Positions 1 through 12,555 of a DNA stretch of 64,000 nucleotides are shown in pieces (position 1 is the stretch's first letter; each line of letters begins with the position of its first letter). The notes under the pieces were generated by a model, which made no database searches, was not told the origin of the DNA, and saw nothing but the letters and a program-made list of their open reading frames with translations. The stretch covers positions 59,334,001 to 59,398,000 of the forward strand of contig OZ024741.1 in NCBI GenBank assembly GCA_964016885.1. Direction: 5' to 3'. Source of the DNA: Eledone cirrhosa (lineage: Eukaryota). Both the position numbers and the translations under genes were made by a program.

Positions 1-75
1 AGTTTGATCAATGCTTTGTATGTGAAATTTGGTAGACAAAACTACAGAGGAGTGTCCTATATATAATTATTATTG

Positions 76-256
76 ATGGGCAGTATCGGTAGAGGGTTGG
101 ACGTCATGCTTTGCAGCATAGAGTTAGGGCCCTTTACGGTCTGAGTTCAAATCCTGCTGAGGTTAACTTTGCCTTTCATCCTTACAGGGTCGATCAAATA
201 AAGTACCCGTAATGCACTGGGGTAATTGCTGGCCTTGTGCCAAAAGTATAAACAAT
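76..256 (+). mobile_element. tRNA-derived SINE (family A)
   Basis: A-box-like GGCAGTATCGG and B-box GAGTTCAAATCC, followed by TTTGCCTTTCATCCTT..GGGTCGAT..AAATAAAGTACC; near-identical copy at 6033-6225. Confidence 0.8.
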
Positions 257-265
257 CAGATTATG

Positions 266-316
<51 letters not shown>

Positions 317-321
<5 letters not shown>

Positions 322-562
322 GCAGTGGAACTAAGGGGGCCAAGGGGGCCATGGCTCCCTCAATTATTATATTTTTCTATCCAAACTACCAAAACATACA
401 TCTATTTGTATATGTGCTACAATTTATGTACATGTTATGTTTATCACATATCAAAGTTTCTTATATCTTGTTTGATATTTGATAATAACATCTAAACTAA
501 TCACTACAACTAAATTGACCAAATTTGGCCTCCCCAATTTAGAAATTCTTCCACTACTCCTG
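317..562. mobile_element. MITE-like non-autonomous DNA transposon
   Basis: Imperfect terminal inverted repeats CAGAGGCAGTGGAA...TTCCACTACTCCTG, subterminal GGGGGCC/GGCCTCCCC, flanked by TA. Confidence 0.55.
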
Positions 563-569
563 TATATAT

Positions 570-1490
570 ATAAGTAGTAACACAACAGTTAGTTCACCAT
601 ACCGAGAACAATTGCTTCACCTTATGCGGATCTTCAGCTTGGACCTGTCATGGTTATACGGAACAGGAAGAACAACCGTATGAACGCGCACGCGCAGAAA
701 CGGTCATTTGACCCAAGTGATACAAAACCATGGGCGAAAGGTGTAAGGGAGGTAACTGCGAAAGTCTGGTAAAGATGTTTATCACATATCGATAATGTGA
801 TTAGAAAATTAGAATGTTATTGTTATTCAATCCGGAGCTTTATAGTTATTCAAGAGGTGTTTCCAGACATGTGGACAACGTGAGAAGATATCATTACTTG
901 AATTAATGCAATGGCTATTGCATAATCTCCTTAGAATATTTATCCTTTCATCAATACACAGTCCATAAGACAGATTTCCCCTTTCACTTAGTGATGGCTT
1001 TCCATTGAATGGAGTAGTCTATACCTGAGTCCTTGAGGGACCATACATGGCTCGCGAGTTTCGTGGATTATCGTTTGTCTGGGTACCTAAAGGTCGACTG
1101 ATGGTTCAGGAAGCGTTCTTTAAATCGGCCCTCCGCCATACCCACATAGGATTTGACCTCCTATGGTTGATTTGGTCGGTTGGAAGTGATCACGGCTTCA
1201 TAAACTACAGCGGGTGTGTTGCATTGCTGTTGAAGAGGACAAGCTTCAGGCTTTCGGCAAGAGCATCCTGGTGCCGCTCTTAGAACTGTTGGTGATGTGG
1301 GCCTTCATATTCTTCAGGAGTACCCTAGTTTTACTCTGTGTCTGTTAAAGATGAAGCGGTATTTGTGGCCTATGGGAAAGTGTCTATCTAAGAGGGCTAA
1401 AAACTTTTTTCCTACATTAGTTTTAACGTTGCGTGAGAAGGGAGGAGAGAACCAGATAGTTTGTCTATTGTTACGATTTATATATGTAAA
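570..1490 (-). mobile_element. Penelope-like element, 5'-truncated (linker, GIY-YIG endonuclease, 3' pLTR), decayed
   Basis: [35 protein letters not shown]; CSCRKPEACPLQQQC..VVYEA..YVGMAEGRFKERFLNH; LCIDERINI..FSRCPH; decayed HHR downstream. Confidence 0.85.
602..642 (-). ncRNA. Decayed minimal hammerhead ribozyme in PLE 3' region
   Basis: ccaag CTGAAGA tccgcataaggt GAAG caattg TT ctcgg (GAAA changed to GAAG). Confidence 0.55.
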
Positions 1491-1572
1491 AGGTAAACAT
1501 AAATAACAACACAATTGGTACAGTATATGGAAGGAATATATTAGGTTAACACTTGAAATAGTAGGAAGAGGG

Positions 1573-1608
1573 TCTTAACGTTTCAGACGCTAGTCCTTCA
1601 TCAGAAGA
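1573..1608 (-). ncRNA. Minimal type I hammerhead ribozyme
   Basis: tctt CTGATGA aggactagcgtct GAAA cg TT aaga; related copies at 2271-2306 (decayed) and 8482-8517. Confidence 0.8.
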
Positions 1609-2235
1609 AAGAACGAGAAATAAGATAGATTGAAGGGACGGACAAGGTGGAATTGGAAAAAATGCTTTTAGAGAAAAAATAACAGGTCCATTCATGTTGC
1701 CATCTCTTGGAAAACTGTTGACTCTGGCGTTTTGTGTATGATATACTATTTTAGAAAAGTGGATGATGGAGCGCGTCTACCTCAAATGGAAAAAAATCAG
1801 GTGTGCGTGTGTGTTATTATACGTCCATACGAAACTAAGAGGATATATGTGTGTATATGTAAGTAAAAGAGTGTGTGTGTGTGTGTGCTTGTAAGTACGA
1901 AGCTATGAGCAAAAGTATGTTGATATAAGGGTGTGTGTGTGTATACAGAGTTGTGAAGGGAAAAGTGGAGTATGCGTAAGTTGTTAGTCTCTAAGAGTAT
2001 ATGTTTCTGACCATAAGAGAGACATAAGAATCTAGGGGTAAAGGTACAAGCGAGTGTGTGATAACAAATGGGGTATTAAAGAAATTGGTGAGGGGAGTTA
2101 AGTCCATGAGGGAAACAGGACCCAAGGCGGTAAATCAGACTCTGTTCAGTCCTGGTGTGCGAAGCCTGTGGTCCATAATGTTAAAGGACACCCAACAGAA
2201 ATAACAAAGCAAACGACACAGCACACTGAAGAAAT

Positions 2236-2430
2236 ATATTAGTTTAACACTTGAAATAGCAGGAAAAGAGTCTTAAAATTTCAGACACTAGTCATCTATC
2301 AGAAGATAAAGAAATAAAAGATAAAATAGAAAGATAAAGAGTGATAAGAGGAAGGAACAGGGGCAGAGGTTGAGAAAAAGGGGGGAAAATGCACGTGCGT
2401 ATTCAGTCAGCCATTTTGGAGATTTGTTGG
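2236..2430 (-). repeat. Diverged copy of the HHR-bearing pLTR-like repeat at 1540-1730 and 8445-8630
   Basis: Shared ATATTAGTTTAACACTTGAAATAG..GGAAAAG..TCTTAA..TTTCAGAC.CTAGTC..ATCAGAAG. Confidence 0.7.
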
Positions 2431-3171
2431 TCAAGGGGTATCTTATGCATTAGTGAGGTTTAGGAAGGGAGATAATCATTGTATATGTGGGGTGAACGTG
2501 TGCATGCATGTAGGTGTATTCATATGTTTGAAAGATGGGCGTTGGACCATGATAGGTTGGCAGCTGTGATAGGCTGGAGTGTGGATGTGTGAGTGAGTCT
2601 GCCCATATGAACTGACCAATGTAGGAGGATGTATAAAAATGTGTATGAATTTCTACATATACATACATACACACACACATAGTAGCAGTCGAAAGGGGTT
2701 GTGTAGTGTTTCTTTGTGTGGTAGGGTCATAAGAAAAGCTGCTTAGCTTCAGATATTGTGCAATGGTAAACTGCTAAGGTACAAAGTATGAAGTCATTAC
2801 ATGCATAGAGGTGGATAGAGCTGGGAAGTAGTAGGGATGGAATAAATGTTAGGAAGCATTCAAAACCAATGGTACCACAGCTGCGACACTGAGTGCCACG
2901 CAAACACAGACATGTACCCAAGAAACACAAGCACACATTTATGTGAGCCCTGGAATCTGTGTGTCGGTGGTGTGTGCAGGCATGTGCACATGTGTGTGCA
3001 TGCATCAGAAAGTGTAAGATTTTGATGGTGATATGTGGGCAGAGATAGATGTGTGTTGGGTGGTATATACGGTATTGTAAATGTGAGCATTCCTTAAACA
3101 CATGAATACTTATTGTTATAGTCAGGGAAAATCAGCATGACAGAATGTCTTATGGCCTACCTTTTAAACTA

Positions 3172-3305
3172 CAGGTACGACTCATTTTTTCCAACTGAGT
3201 GGATGGGAGCAATGTGAAATAAAGTGTCTTGTGCAAGTACAAACTGTGCTGCCAAAAATCAAACTCATGACCTTACGATCCTGAGCTAAACACCCTAACC
3301 ATTTA
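3172..3305 (-). mobile_element. tRNA-derived SINE (family B) 5' part
   Basis: GAGCAATGTGAAATAAAGTGTCTTG core shared with 12780, 12940 and 43210; tRNA-like head at the right end. Confidence 0.7.
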
Positions 3306-4192
3306 TCTATACTTTCTACATTGACACCAACAGAAATATATTGTTGAAGTAGACTTATTAATGTAATAAAATGTTGTAATAGTACATAGGAAGTTTTAAG
3401 TAGAAGATCAGCATTCACATAACTTTTGATTCACCTTGTCTTGATCGTTGGTCATTGTCTTAGCTCAAATCAGTGTCATTGATTATATGTCTATCAAGAT
3501 ACTTGAAATAAATATTTTCCGTTGTTAGTCATGAACAGTGAAATATTTCATATCTCATTAGCAATGCTCCAACCAAAGAGTGAGAAAATCTAAACAGCAG
3601 AGAGACACTAGAAGAATGTAAATGAATATTGGTTCACAAATTGATTTTAAAGGATTGGTAGTGTGAGTAATTATGTCTTCAGTAAGGTCTTTATTTATGT
3701 TTCGTGGAACTAGACAGAGAGACAGCTTCATCGTTTGAATTAAGTTGACAACTAAAGTTCGTTGTTAGGATTCTCAGTGACAGAAAAGAACTTGAGGCAA
3801 AGAGTTGAAGATTGGAATTATTAAAATAGTCATTAATAGCTGGAGATAATTTCATTGAAAGTTGATATTGCAGCTCAATGATTGACTAATTAGACTCCAT
3901 TAAAATTCGGAATAATTAGACAAACAAAAATTACAAAAGAAAACTAACAACAATGTAGATGCAGGCATAGATGTGTGGTTAAGGATTTTACATTGCAAAC
4001 ATCTGTTTTGGGATTCACCTTCATTGCATAGCACATGTGTGTCCATATCTATATTTCTATATTTACATTTGTGTCTATGTCAGTGTTTATGTCCTGTAAT
4101 TTAGGAGCTTGATGAAAGGGGTTACAAAGTTGTGAGAGTGTTATCCTAAGAGCTAGCAAGGTGTATCAGACAACGCTGCTCCTATGACCCTC

Positions 4193-4240
<48 letters not shown>

Positions 4241-4244
<4 letters not shown>

Positions 4245-4404
4245 ATAATAATAAATTTGAAGACTAAAATCCAAAGAGGGCTCGATAAGGATAAATATAT
4301 ATCAGATATATAAGAACCGTAGAGCAAATATTTATTAAAATAACAGATTAAAGTTTAAGCACCGATTCTTTGCTTAAACTTTAATCTGTTATTTTAATAA
4401 ATAT
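4241..4404 (-). mobile_element. Short foldback insert in (TA)n
   Basis: Arms ATATTTATTAAAATAACAGATTAAAGTTTAAGCA and its reverse complement around a 9-nt loop; the body is the reverse complement of 24362-24485. Confidence 0.8.
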
Positions 4405-4416
4405 ATATATATATAT

Positions 4417-4697
4417 GAAACACAAATTAAAAAAATTTTGAAAACCATACAATGCTCTAGAAAGAAAATCAAGATTGCTAAGATAACAAAAGAATCTTAC
4501 CTTAGTAAATTTGATAATCCCAAATATTTTTGTGTTTAAAAACCCATTATCAAGGGAGTAACCCTATCAGAGACTTACTAAGGTAAGATTCTTTTGTTAT
4601 CTTAGCAATCTTGATTTTCTTTCTAGAGCATTGTATGGTTTTCAAAATTATTTAAATTTGTGTTTCCTATTCAATAATGTTGCAAGCAAATTACAAC

Positions 4698-4704
<7 letters not shown>
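4417..4704 (+). mobile_element. Short foldback insert in (TA)n (~90-bp arms)
   Basis: 4417-4509 is the reverse complement of 4576-4667; a unique ~35-bp tail follows, then (TA)n. Confidence 0.8.
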
Positions 4705-4738
<34 letters not shown>

Positions 4739-4797
4739 TTAGGTAATTCTGAAGGAAAAGCAAAGGAAAAAAGAGTGCTCTATGTATAGAACAGAGC

Positions 4798-4899
4798 TAT
4801 TTAATTAGAAAGTGAAGTGAACAACACAAAATATAACTACTCCATTACCATGGTAATGGAGTAGTTATATTTTGTGTTGTTCACTTTCTAATTAAATAT
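4798..4899. repeat. Near-perfect hairpin centred on CCATGG
   Basis: GTGAACAACACAAAATATAACTACTCCATTACCATGGTAATGGAGTAGTTATATTTTGTGTTGTTCAC. Confidence 0.85.
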
Positions 4900-5754
4900 A
4901 TATATATACATATATATGAATCTTCAAGGGCATTTTGACACCCTGTGCATCGAATAAATCCAGAAGGTCAGCTATTATTGCCTTGTCATTTGGGCTTCAG
5001 TTCTTTCCAAGAAAGTTTTCAACTGCCTTTAACACAGCATCATAATCTTGTCTTTCAACTTCATTCACATTCAATGAATCCCTGAACATCTGATTCTTCA
5101 TCAATTTGCAAGTGTTTGGTTCAAAGAACAGGCATTCTTTAATCTTTGCTTTGCTTAATCAAGGAAAGATATTTTTCAGCAACTTGGTTGCCCCTCAGGG
5201 TTCAGTGACTTCACAAAATTTCTGAAGATTCCAAGTTTAATATGTAGTTGGTGGTATCACAATTAGCTCAGGTGAACCTAATGATATGCATTGAACACTT
5301 TTATTCCCTGGTCTCTATTCATGACATGCTGGCCAATCCTGCCAAATGTAGTGCTCATTTCAAGCCCAGCTGTCCCAGAGGCACAAGAAGCAATAAAGTT
5401 TGTGAAGCCCTTTTGTATTCCAGTTAAAAAACAAGAATCTTCTAGTTACCTCCAGCTTTCCACTTGAAATCATCATACCTTATCGAGGAAAGTAATATTT
5501 TGATAGTATTGTATGACTCTTTTGCCTTCTTTGAATACTCATTCACAACATGCAAAGGGACTGCCTTTAAACTGGAAACACTCAATCAATGAATAACCAA
5601 CAATCTGTCTTGACATCAGAGAAGATTTCCAGTGCTATCATTAAACCAGTAATATTCTTGCAATAAACCAAAACCTGTTCATTATGTGCATCGAAAAATT
5701 CAATAAATTTCTTCTCTCAGTGCCTGTACACTGTTATTTTGGTTTTGGGGTTAA

Positions 5755-5974
5755 CCCTTTAGCATTCACATTACTCTATATATACTATTATATTTTCATG
5801 GTAAATGCTTTATCTCACATAATTATCTTACATAATATCGAATCTATGAGATTTTGAAAGTATTTATTTTGAGAACAATACCTTAACATCAGTTTGAGTG
5901 ACCAGTTACAGCCAGTTTCAACAGAAAATGGTAGAGAATTCTGGCCGGTTTTGGCCAGTTTGAACATTAAAGGG
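5755..5974. mobile_element. piggyBac-like MITE
   Basis: TTAA|CCCTTTAGCATTC ... GAACATTAAAGGG|TTAA: TIRs with a TTAA target duplication. Confidence 0.75.
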
Positions 5975-6032
5975 TTAAGACACCAAATTCGCTGAGCATT
6001 GTTCCAGCCAGGTAAAGCATCATTATTAGAAA

Positions 6033-6225
6033 GGGCGGTGGATTGGCAGTATCGGTAGAGGGTCGGACGCCATGCTTTGCAGCAAAGAGTTATGGTCCTT
6101 TATGATCTGAGTTCAAATCCCGCCGAGGTTAACTTTGCCTTTCATCCTTACGGGGTTGATAAAATAAAGTACCAGTAATACACTGGGATAATTGCTGGCC
6201 TTGTGCCAATAGTAGAAACAATTAT
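6033..6225 (+). mobile_element. tRNA-derived SINE (family A)
   Basis: Copy of 76-256; B-box GAGTTCAAATCCC. Confidence 0.8.
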
Positions 6226-6814
6226 TAGAAAGTCCCAATTTTCAAACAAAATGATCCAGTTATTCCTGACTTATTTTAGGGGGACATAAATAAGGAACTT
6301 CAAAATCCTTCACATCCAATTACATCATCAGAATCATCATTTGTCTCACTCAATGGCTGATTGCTTGGCACAGGAGGACATTGATTTAATTTTTGTATGC
6401 CTTATGAGAGGAATTTGGTAGGATGGAAACTACAGAAGCCCCCAGAAGCCTGGTAAAAATATACCCCACCCTCCTTCCACACACATCAAAAAATACCAAA
6501 TTCCAAATTGAATGATGGGATACATCATCATCATCTTCATCATCTTCATCATCATGAGACACACATTGAAATATTCCTGATGCTAACCTCAATTCTATAT
6601 ACCAATATTAGGATATCTAAAATTCTTCATTTTTTCTATATTTACTATACATGGATCAATGCTCTAAGGAAGTCTGAGGGAAATAAACCCAGTCAGGCAT
6701 ATATCATTCAGTGCTTATATACTTTCACTAAAACACTCCAAACTTTAGTATCATTTCTTCTTCAAGGTTTTCAAATATGTATTCTGTATAATTCTATATA
6801 TTCCGTTGTGAAAG

Positions 6815-6980
6815 CATGTAGCTAAGGGGTTAGTGTGTTTAGCTAATGATCATAATGCCATGCATTTGTTTCCCAGCAATGTGTTATGTTCTTGGGCAAG
6901 ACCTTTTATTTTCTGTTGTTCCAGTCCACCCAACTGGAAAAAAGTAATTTGTACTTGTAATTCTAAAAGGCCAGCCTCGT
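6815..6980 (+). mobile_element. Decayed SINE (family B)
   Basis: GTAGCTAAGGGGTTAG head; CTTGGGCAAGAC..TTTATTT..GTTGTTCCAGTCCAC. Confidence 0.6.
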
Positions 6981-7045
6981 TTCTGCTAATGTATTGAACA
7001 CTTTATTTAACTGTGGCTCTCTTTCTGTTTCTCTTTGAAAAACTT

Positions 7046-7046
<1 letters not shown>

Positions 7047-7138
<92 letters not shown>
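7047..7138. repeat. (CA)n microsatellite
   Basis: Pure CA run. Confidence 0.95.
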
Positions 7139-7142
<4 letters not shown>

Positions 7143-7147
7143 TGCAG

Positions 7148-7324
7148 TGATATGATGAAGTTTCAGTTTAAAATGTTTTTCATTGAGTCCACACGTCTGA
7201 GGAGCTGATTGCTGCTGAAGTCCGGTCTATCACATTGATGTAGATCTCAAGCCAATCATCTGTGAAACATATGTAATGGCCGATATACAATAAAAACATT
7301 TTAAAGTGAAATTTTATCATATCA
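7148..7324 (+). mobile_element. Old foldback insert with decayed HHR in the spacer
   Basis: Arms 7148-7185 and 7288-7324; spacer contains cat TGATGT agat..atct gt GAAA catatg TA atg. Confidence 0.6.
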
Positions 7325-7423
7325 TACTTAATATATACACTCTGCTATAGCATTGAGGGCTCACATTGGTATCACCCCTAATATTCAACAAAATTACTAA
7401 ATAACCTACACATATATATATAT

Positions 7424-7923
7424 ATAGTGAAAGAATACAGAGTAACATGGTTGGCTGTACAACAAGGGGCTTTATTTCAGATATTCACAATTGTTTCATT
7501 GATCAGGTGACTCTAGAGGTCGCTAATCGCTTGAAGTTGCATCACTCGATCTCCATTATTTACCTCTGATCAACTCTTCAGAATACAAAGATATATCTTC
7601 ATATTCTGATGAGTTGATCAGAGGTAAATAATGTAGATCGAGGGATGCAACTTCAAGCGATTAGTGACTTCTAGAGTCACCTGATCAATGAAACAATTGT
7701 GAATACCTGAAATAAAGCCCCTTGTTGTACAGCCAACCATGTTACTCTTTATTCTTTCACTATTATTACTCCAAGTATAACCTGCATAGGAATTACCGTG
7801 AACTCGCTGCCTAACTATGGATACATCTTGTTGAGTTAAACAAAACCGTACGTTAAAACTATCCACAACGCAGAGTACTCACAACCTCTAACTGGATTAC
7901 CTATAACGATAACTTGTTACCCC

Positions 7924-7924
<1 letters not shown>
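7424..7924 (+). mobile_element. Foldback element in (TA)n with two inverted large-stem-II HHR motifs
   Basis: 7424-7585 is the reverse complement of 7602-7763; a unique tail runs to 7924. Confidence 0.85.
7602..7705 (+). ncRNA. Hammerhead-like motif with expanded stem II (inverted copy at 7482-7585)
   Basis: tatt CTGATGA gttgatcag-[59 nt]-ctgatcaat GAAA caattg TG aata; the cleavage triplet is GUG (non-canonical). Confidence 0.7.
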
Positions 7925-7955
<31 letters not shown>

Positions 7956-8116
7956 AGATCAAAAGATGGTTAAAAGAGTTCCATGTATTTTATTATGCAC
8001 ATTTCAAAAACAAATATCATCATGCAATAACATTTGTGTTTTCATCATATATATATTAGGTATTTAATTAACAATGAAAAAAAAAAAAAAAGTGTAGTTA
8101 TTTTAACTATTCATAT

Positions 8117-8244
8117 CATTGTATTACAATCGTTTCAGAGGGTTGATCTTATTGACATATTGTCTGATCTATAGCAGTTATATAACTGTATACTAACAGA
8201 CCTCATATGTAGATTCGATCAGACTGTCTTCTTCGGAAACAATG
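8117..8244 (-). ncRNA. Hammerhead-like motif, CCGAAGA core, ~95-nt branched stem II
   Basis: cattgttt CCGAAGA aga..gtctgatc...gatcagac...tct GAAA cgattg TA atacaatg. Confidence 0.65.
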
Positions 8245-8481
8245 AAGTTAGAATCGTTATTGGTAGTATATAAATAGGGTAGATATAAAAATAGACATAC
8301 CATATAAATACATGTTCCAGATTGCCTACCACCAAGGGTAGACCACACTGAAATATATACATATATATGTATATATATATATATATATGTGTGTGTGTGA
8401 AAAATAAATGGAAAACACACAACAGACTATGAAGGACAATGAAGATATATATTAGTTTCATACTTAATATAGTAGGAAAAG

Positions 8482-8517
8482 TTTTAACGTTTCGGCTGCT
8501 AGTCCTTCATCAGAAAA
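8482..8517 (-). ncRNA. Minimal type I hammerhead ribozyme
   Basis: tttt CTGATGA aggactagcagcc GAAA cg TT aaaa; stem I covaries with the 1573 copy (tctt/aaga). Confidence 0.8.
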
Positions 8518-8654
8518 TGGAATGAGAAATTAAAGAAAAAAGAAAAACATAGCAGGGACAGAAACGAAAAAAAAATTCTTAGATAAAAAGCATGTCTGTT
8601 CATTTTGCGATCTTTGAGAAAACTGTTTATATGAGTGCTTATGGTGTAGAAAGT

Positions 8655-8870
8655 TCACTTAATGTTGCTCCAATCCACTCAGCTGAAAAAAAATGAGTTG
8701 TACCTGTAGTTAAAAGGACAGACCTTGTCACATTGTTACACAGAATCCCTCTGATGAGAAGGGTGCACATCACTATGTGAAATACTCAGCCACTTGTATG
8801 TTCATTTCCTAAGCAGGCTGTCCAATTTATCATACAACTCGAATAGTCATCATTAAAACTGGTGGAGATT
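8655..8870 (+). mobile_element. SINE (family B) body/3' part
   Basis: GTTGCTCCAATCCACTCAGCTG..AAATGAGTTGTACCTGTA, matching other family B copies. Confidence 0.6.
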
Positions 8871-9179
8871 CATTCCAATATTTCTATATATATCTCCACC
8901 ACCCCAACATCTCTCTTCAGTGGCAGCTCACGGGAATGCTAAAGTAGGTATTTACAAGGTAACCAATATCCCATTGATCAATTTATTTAGCCAACTGAAT
9001 TTTTGTCCATGCACGCCAATATATATGATTGAATTTATGCGTGCGTATATAATACATATTTGCACTTCGCTGCATTTCTACATACCTTAGTTTGCAGCAA
9101 TCTAAAGGCTTATATACACAACCATGCACGCAAACATCTATAGAAAGATGAGCACATGCTTGAAATTTTATACACATGT

Positions 9180-9237
9180 AATGTGCATATGTATGTGTGT
9201 GTGTATATCTATGTATGCATGTGTGCATATATGTGTG

Positions 9238-9284
<47 letters not shown>

Positions 9285-9391
9285 GCACACACACATACAT
9301 ATATATATATATTAATCAGTCAATGTTTGTGTGTGTTTATGTTTATATATATGTATATATATACATACATACACTTACATATATATATGCA

Positions 9392-9441
<50 letters not shown>

Positions 9442-9945
9442 GATGGCTGTAAGGGTATGTTTGTGTTTTAAGTTTTGCTTTTTTTCTACAGATTTAGATG
9501 TAGTCATGTTTTCATATGAATACGTGTGTGTGCATACAACATGTATGTGTGTATATAAAGGTATATATTCCATACAACATGTATGTGTGTATATAAAGGT
9601 ATATATTCCCTGCAAACTTGTATGAATATTTAAATCTCTAGTATGATTTTGCATGCAGCTTCTATTATTAACTTGAATATGTTATTTGTGTGAAGGAATG
9701 AACAACATCTACATGTGTGTGCATGTATGTATGTGTGTATTGTGTGTGTACGTGTATATATCTGTATGAATATATGTGTGTATGTATCTATCTATCTTTA
9801 TATCTAGTTATCTATTTAATCCATCCATTTATTTAACTGGATATGTAAATGTACCCACAAACACTAAATTAAGAAATATAATCTGCAAAAAGACATACAG
9901 CGAACATATGTATATGTGTGTGTGTATGCACACACATATACATAT

Positions 9946-9997
<52 letters not shown>

Positions 9998-10130
9998 CAT
10001 ATTTATATATATATATATGGCATTTAATATATATATATATGCTATATATATATATAAATGATATATATATATAGCATTCAAATATATATATAGCATTAGT
10101 ATATATATATGTATATATATATATGTATAT

Positions 10131-10186
<56 letters not shown>

Positions 10187-10205
10187 ATTTATATATATAT
10201 ATAGC

Positions 10206-10239
<34 letters not shown>

Positions 10240-10241
10240 CA

Positions 10242-10281
<40 letters not shown>

Positions 10282-10560
10282 TAGATAGATATAGCATATA
10301 TATATATAGAGATAGATATAGCATCTATATATATATATATATATAGTATTTGTATATATATAGCATTTATATACATATAGCATATATATATATATATATA
10401 TACACACACATATATATATATATGTATATATATATATATGTGTGTGTGTGTGTTTATGTATGTGTGTGTGTGTGTATTTATGTGTGTTTGTGTGCATGTG
10501 TTTGTATGAATATGAGTGTATTTCTGCATATGTGTGTTTATGCGTAGATATTTATATTTA
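9180..10560. repeat. Compound (TA)/(CA)/(TG) microsatellite region
   Basis: Low-complexity dinucleotide runs; the ORFs here are artefacts. Confidence 0.9.
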
Positions 10561-11685
10561 TAGATATAAATATGTATATGTGCAGAAAACATTTTGGAAT
10601 GTAAAAAGGGGTTTATATATCTCATATAAAATATTCATAATGATTAAAAGGTTTGTGAAACCAGGGAATAAATGCATAATTTTAACATCATCACGGACAA
10701 GTGCAGAAACTCAACTCTCAAAATACATATTAATATATATATATGGGAAAGTTCAAATTCAACAAAAATAATATTTATGTTACATGGAGATCTTGAAATA
10801 GTAGGTGTTTGCATGAAGTTCATCTCATAAATCACTTTACATGTTAGACAATGCACAAAACCTTTAGTAACTGTGTAAATGGATGTGTTAGTGAAGCTAT
10901 ATAGCCTGGTGATTAGTGTATTACACTAATGATCATTAGGTTGTGATTTCAATTCCTGGACCAGGTGATACATTACATTCTTGAGCTTTTCATGAAAGAA
11001 TGGAACCCCTATCATTAAAACACTCCAGAAAGTGGGTCCACAGTTAGTATTTTACTAATCATTATATTAACACAACTACACCTGCATTGAGCACTACCTT
11101 GATCTGTGGGTTTACAAATAAAACAATTCTAGTCCTGTAGAGATCATTTCTATAATAAGATAAAGATATATATATATATATATATATATATAACGAAGGA
11201 AATGTGGTAAGGAACCAGGTGGACCATAACGCACCAAAGTACTCAATACTTGAGGTAGTAGAGTGGGTAATAGGAACCAGTAAGACCCCGACAGCTGAGC
11301 TCAAGCCGTTTCGACGGTAACTTCTGTAGGACTTGAATTGTTTCATTCATATGTAATCATCAAACGAATGAAATAGTTCTTGTCCTGTAGAAGTGATTTC
11401 TCTGTATAATATATAGACATAATTACATCTTCAAGAAGATGCCTTATGTTCATTCTCCTTCGCTGAACATAGCCTTCACTAGGAGGCATTGATGTCATTA
11501 AACAGTGTCCAACTTTCATTAGGTGTTTCAACTCACAACCATAACGCCCTCTATCTCTTTTTCCCTTTCTCTCCCTTTCTTTCTCTCTCTCTCTCTTTCT
11601 TTCCCTCTCCCCCCTCTCTCTCTTTCTCTCTCTCTCTATATATATATACATATACACATATATAAGTATCTGTATATATATATAT

Positions 11686-12135
11686 GCACTCAGACTCGGA
11701 CTCAGAAGCTCCCGCATCTTGCGATGCATGAGGCAATCATGGTGTTCCACCGCGTTCGGTCAGCAGCCAGTTGCACAGCGTCCCGCCATTGTCTGTTTGT
11801 CGCTCGCAGGTCCCTCTCAACTGTCTGGTGCCAGTTCATTTTGGGTCGACCTCTCCGTCTGCTTCCCTGTGGGTTCCATTTAAGTACTTGGTTCGCCAGT
11901 CTCTCTGGGGGGAAGTCTCAAAGCATGCCCAAACCAGCCCAGGCGTCGCTTGCAGATGGCAGAAGAGACTAGCTGCTGGTTGGTGCGGTTCCTGACTTCC
12001 TGGTTTGTTACATGGTCACACCATTTAATCCCCAGGATCTTTCGCAGACACCTGGAATCGAATGTATCCAACTTCTTCTCTTGGCTGGTCTTAAGGTGCC
12101 ATGTTTCACTTCCGTACAAGAGTGTGGACAGCACG
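11686..12135 (-). mobile_element. RTE-clade LINE 3' end
   Basis: LLYGSETWHLKTSQEKKLDTFDSRCLRKILGIKWCDHVTNQEV..RRLGWFGH; tandem (CTGAGT)n-like 3' tail at ~11686-11705. Confidence 0.85.
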
Positions 12136-12555
12136 TTGCTGTTGTCAGGTCACCAGTTGGTGCTACTGGTAACATGTATCCCAGTACAACCTGTATCATG
12201 GTCAGGTCGTTGGTGACTAAACTGGCAACCCCACCAAGGTTTCTTGGTGAGGAGGGTGACTTTGGACATCCTGCAGGACTAAAAACAAAACCTGTCAAAG
12301 AGCAAAGGAGCTCTTAAGAGTCAATGGCCATCCAAAATCACCGGCAGAATTCTAGGAGAAGGAAAACTCTGATATAACACCTGCAACCCATCGGTTTGCA
12401 GTTCTACCAGAGACTACTCCACTTACTGTCTCTTTACTAAATGTCAGTGGTTAGGCTTCAGGTTAGCGACCTGTTCCCGGAAAAACTCTCCTGCTACGAA
12501 AACAATTTATATATGCACACACATATATATATATATATTTATATATATATATATA

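Larger units (their letters stand above)
4920..6420 (-). pseudogene. Decayed DNA-transposon transposase (tentatively Chapaev3/CMC-like), interrupted by a MITE and a SINE
   Basis: Minus-strand remnants GIQKGFT../YCFLCLWDS, PQLHIKLGIFRNFVK, IFP*LSKAKIKE, ISQE*LDHFV*KLGLS; superfamily assignment is from memory of the motifs. Confidence 0.65.

Noticed and set aside
8750-8800. CTGATGA...GAAA hammerhead-like match
   Set aside because: No stem I or III pairing or NUH site, and it lies inside a decayed SINE body; probably chance.
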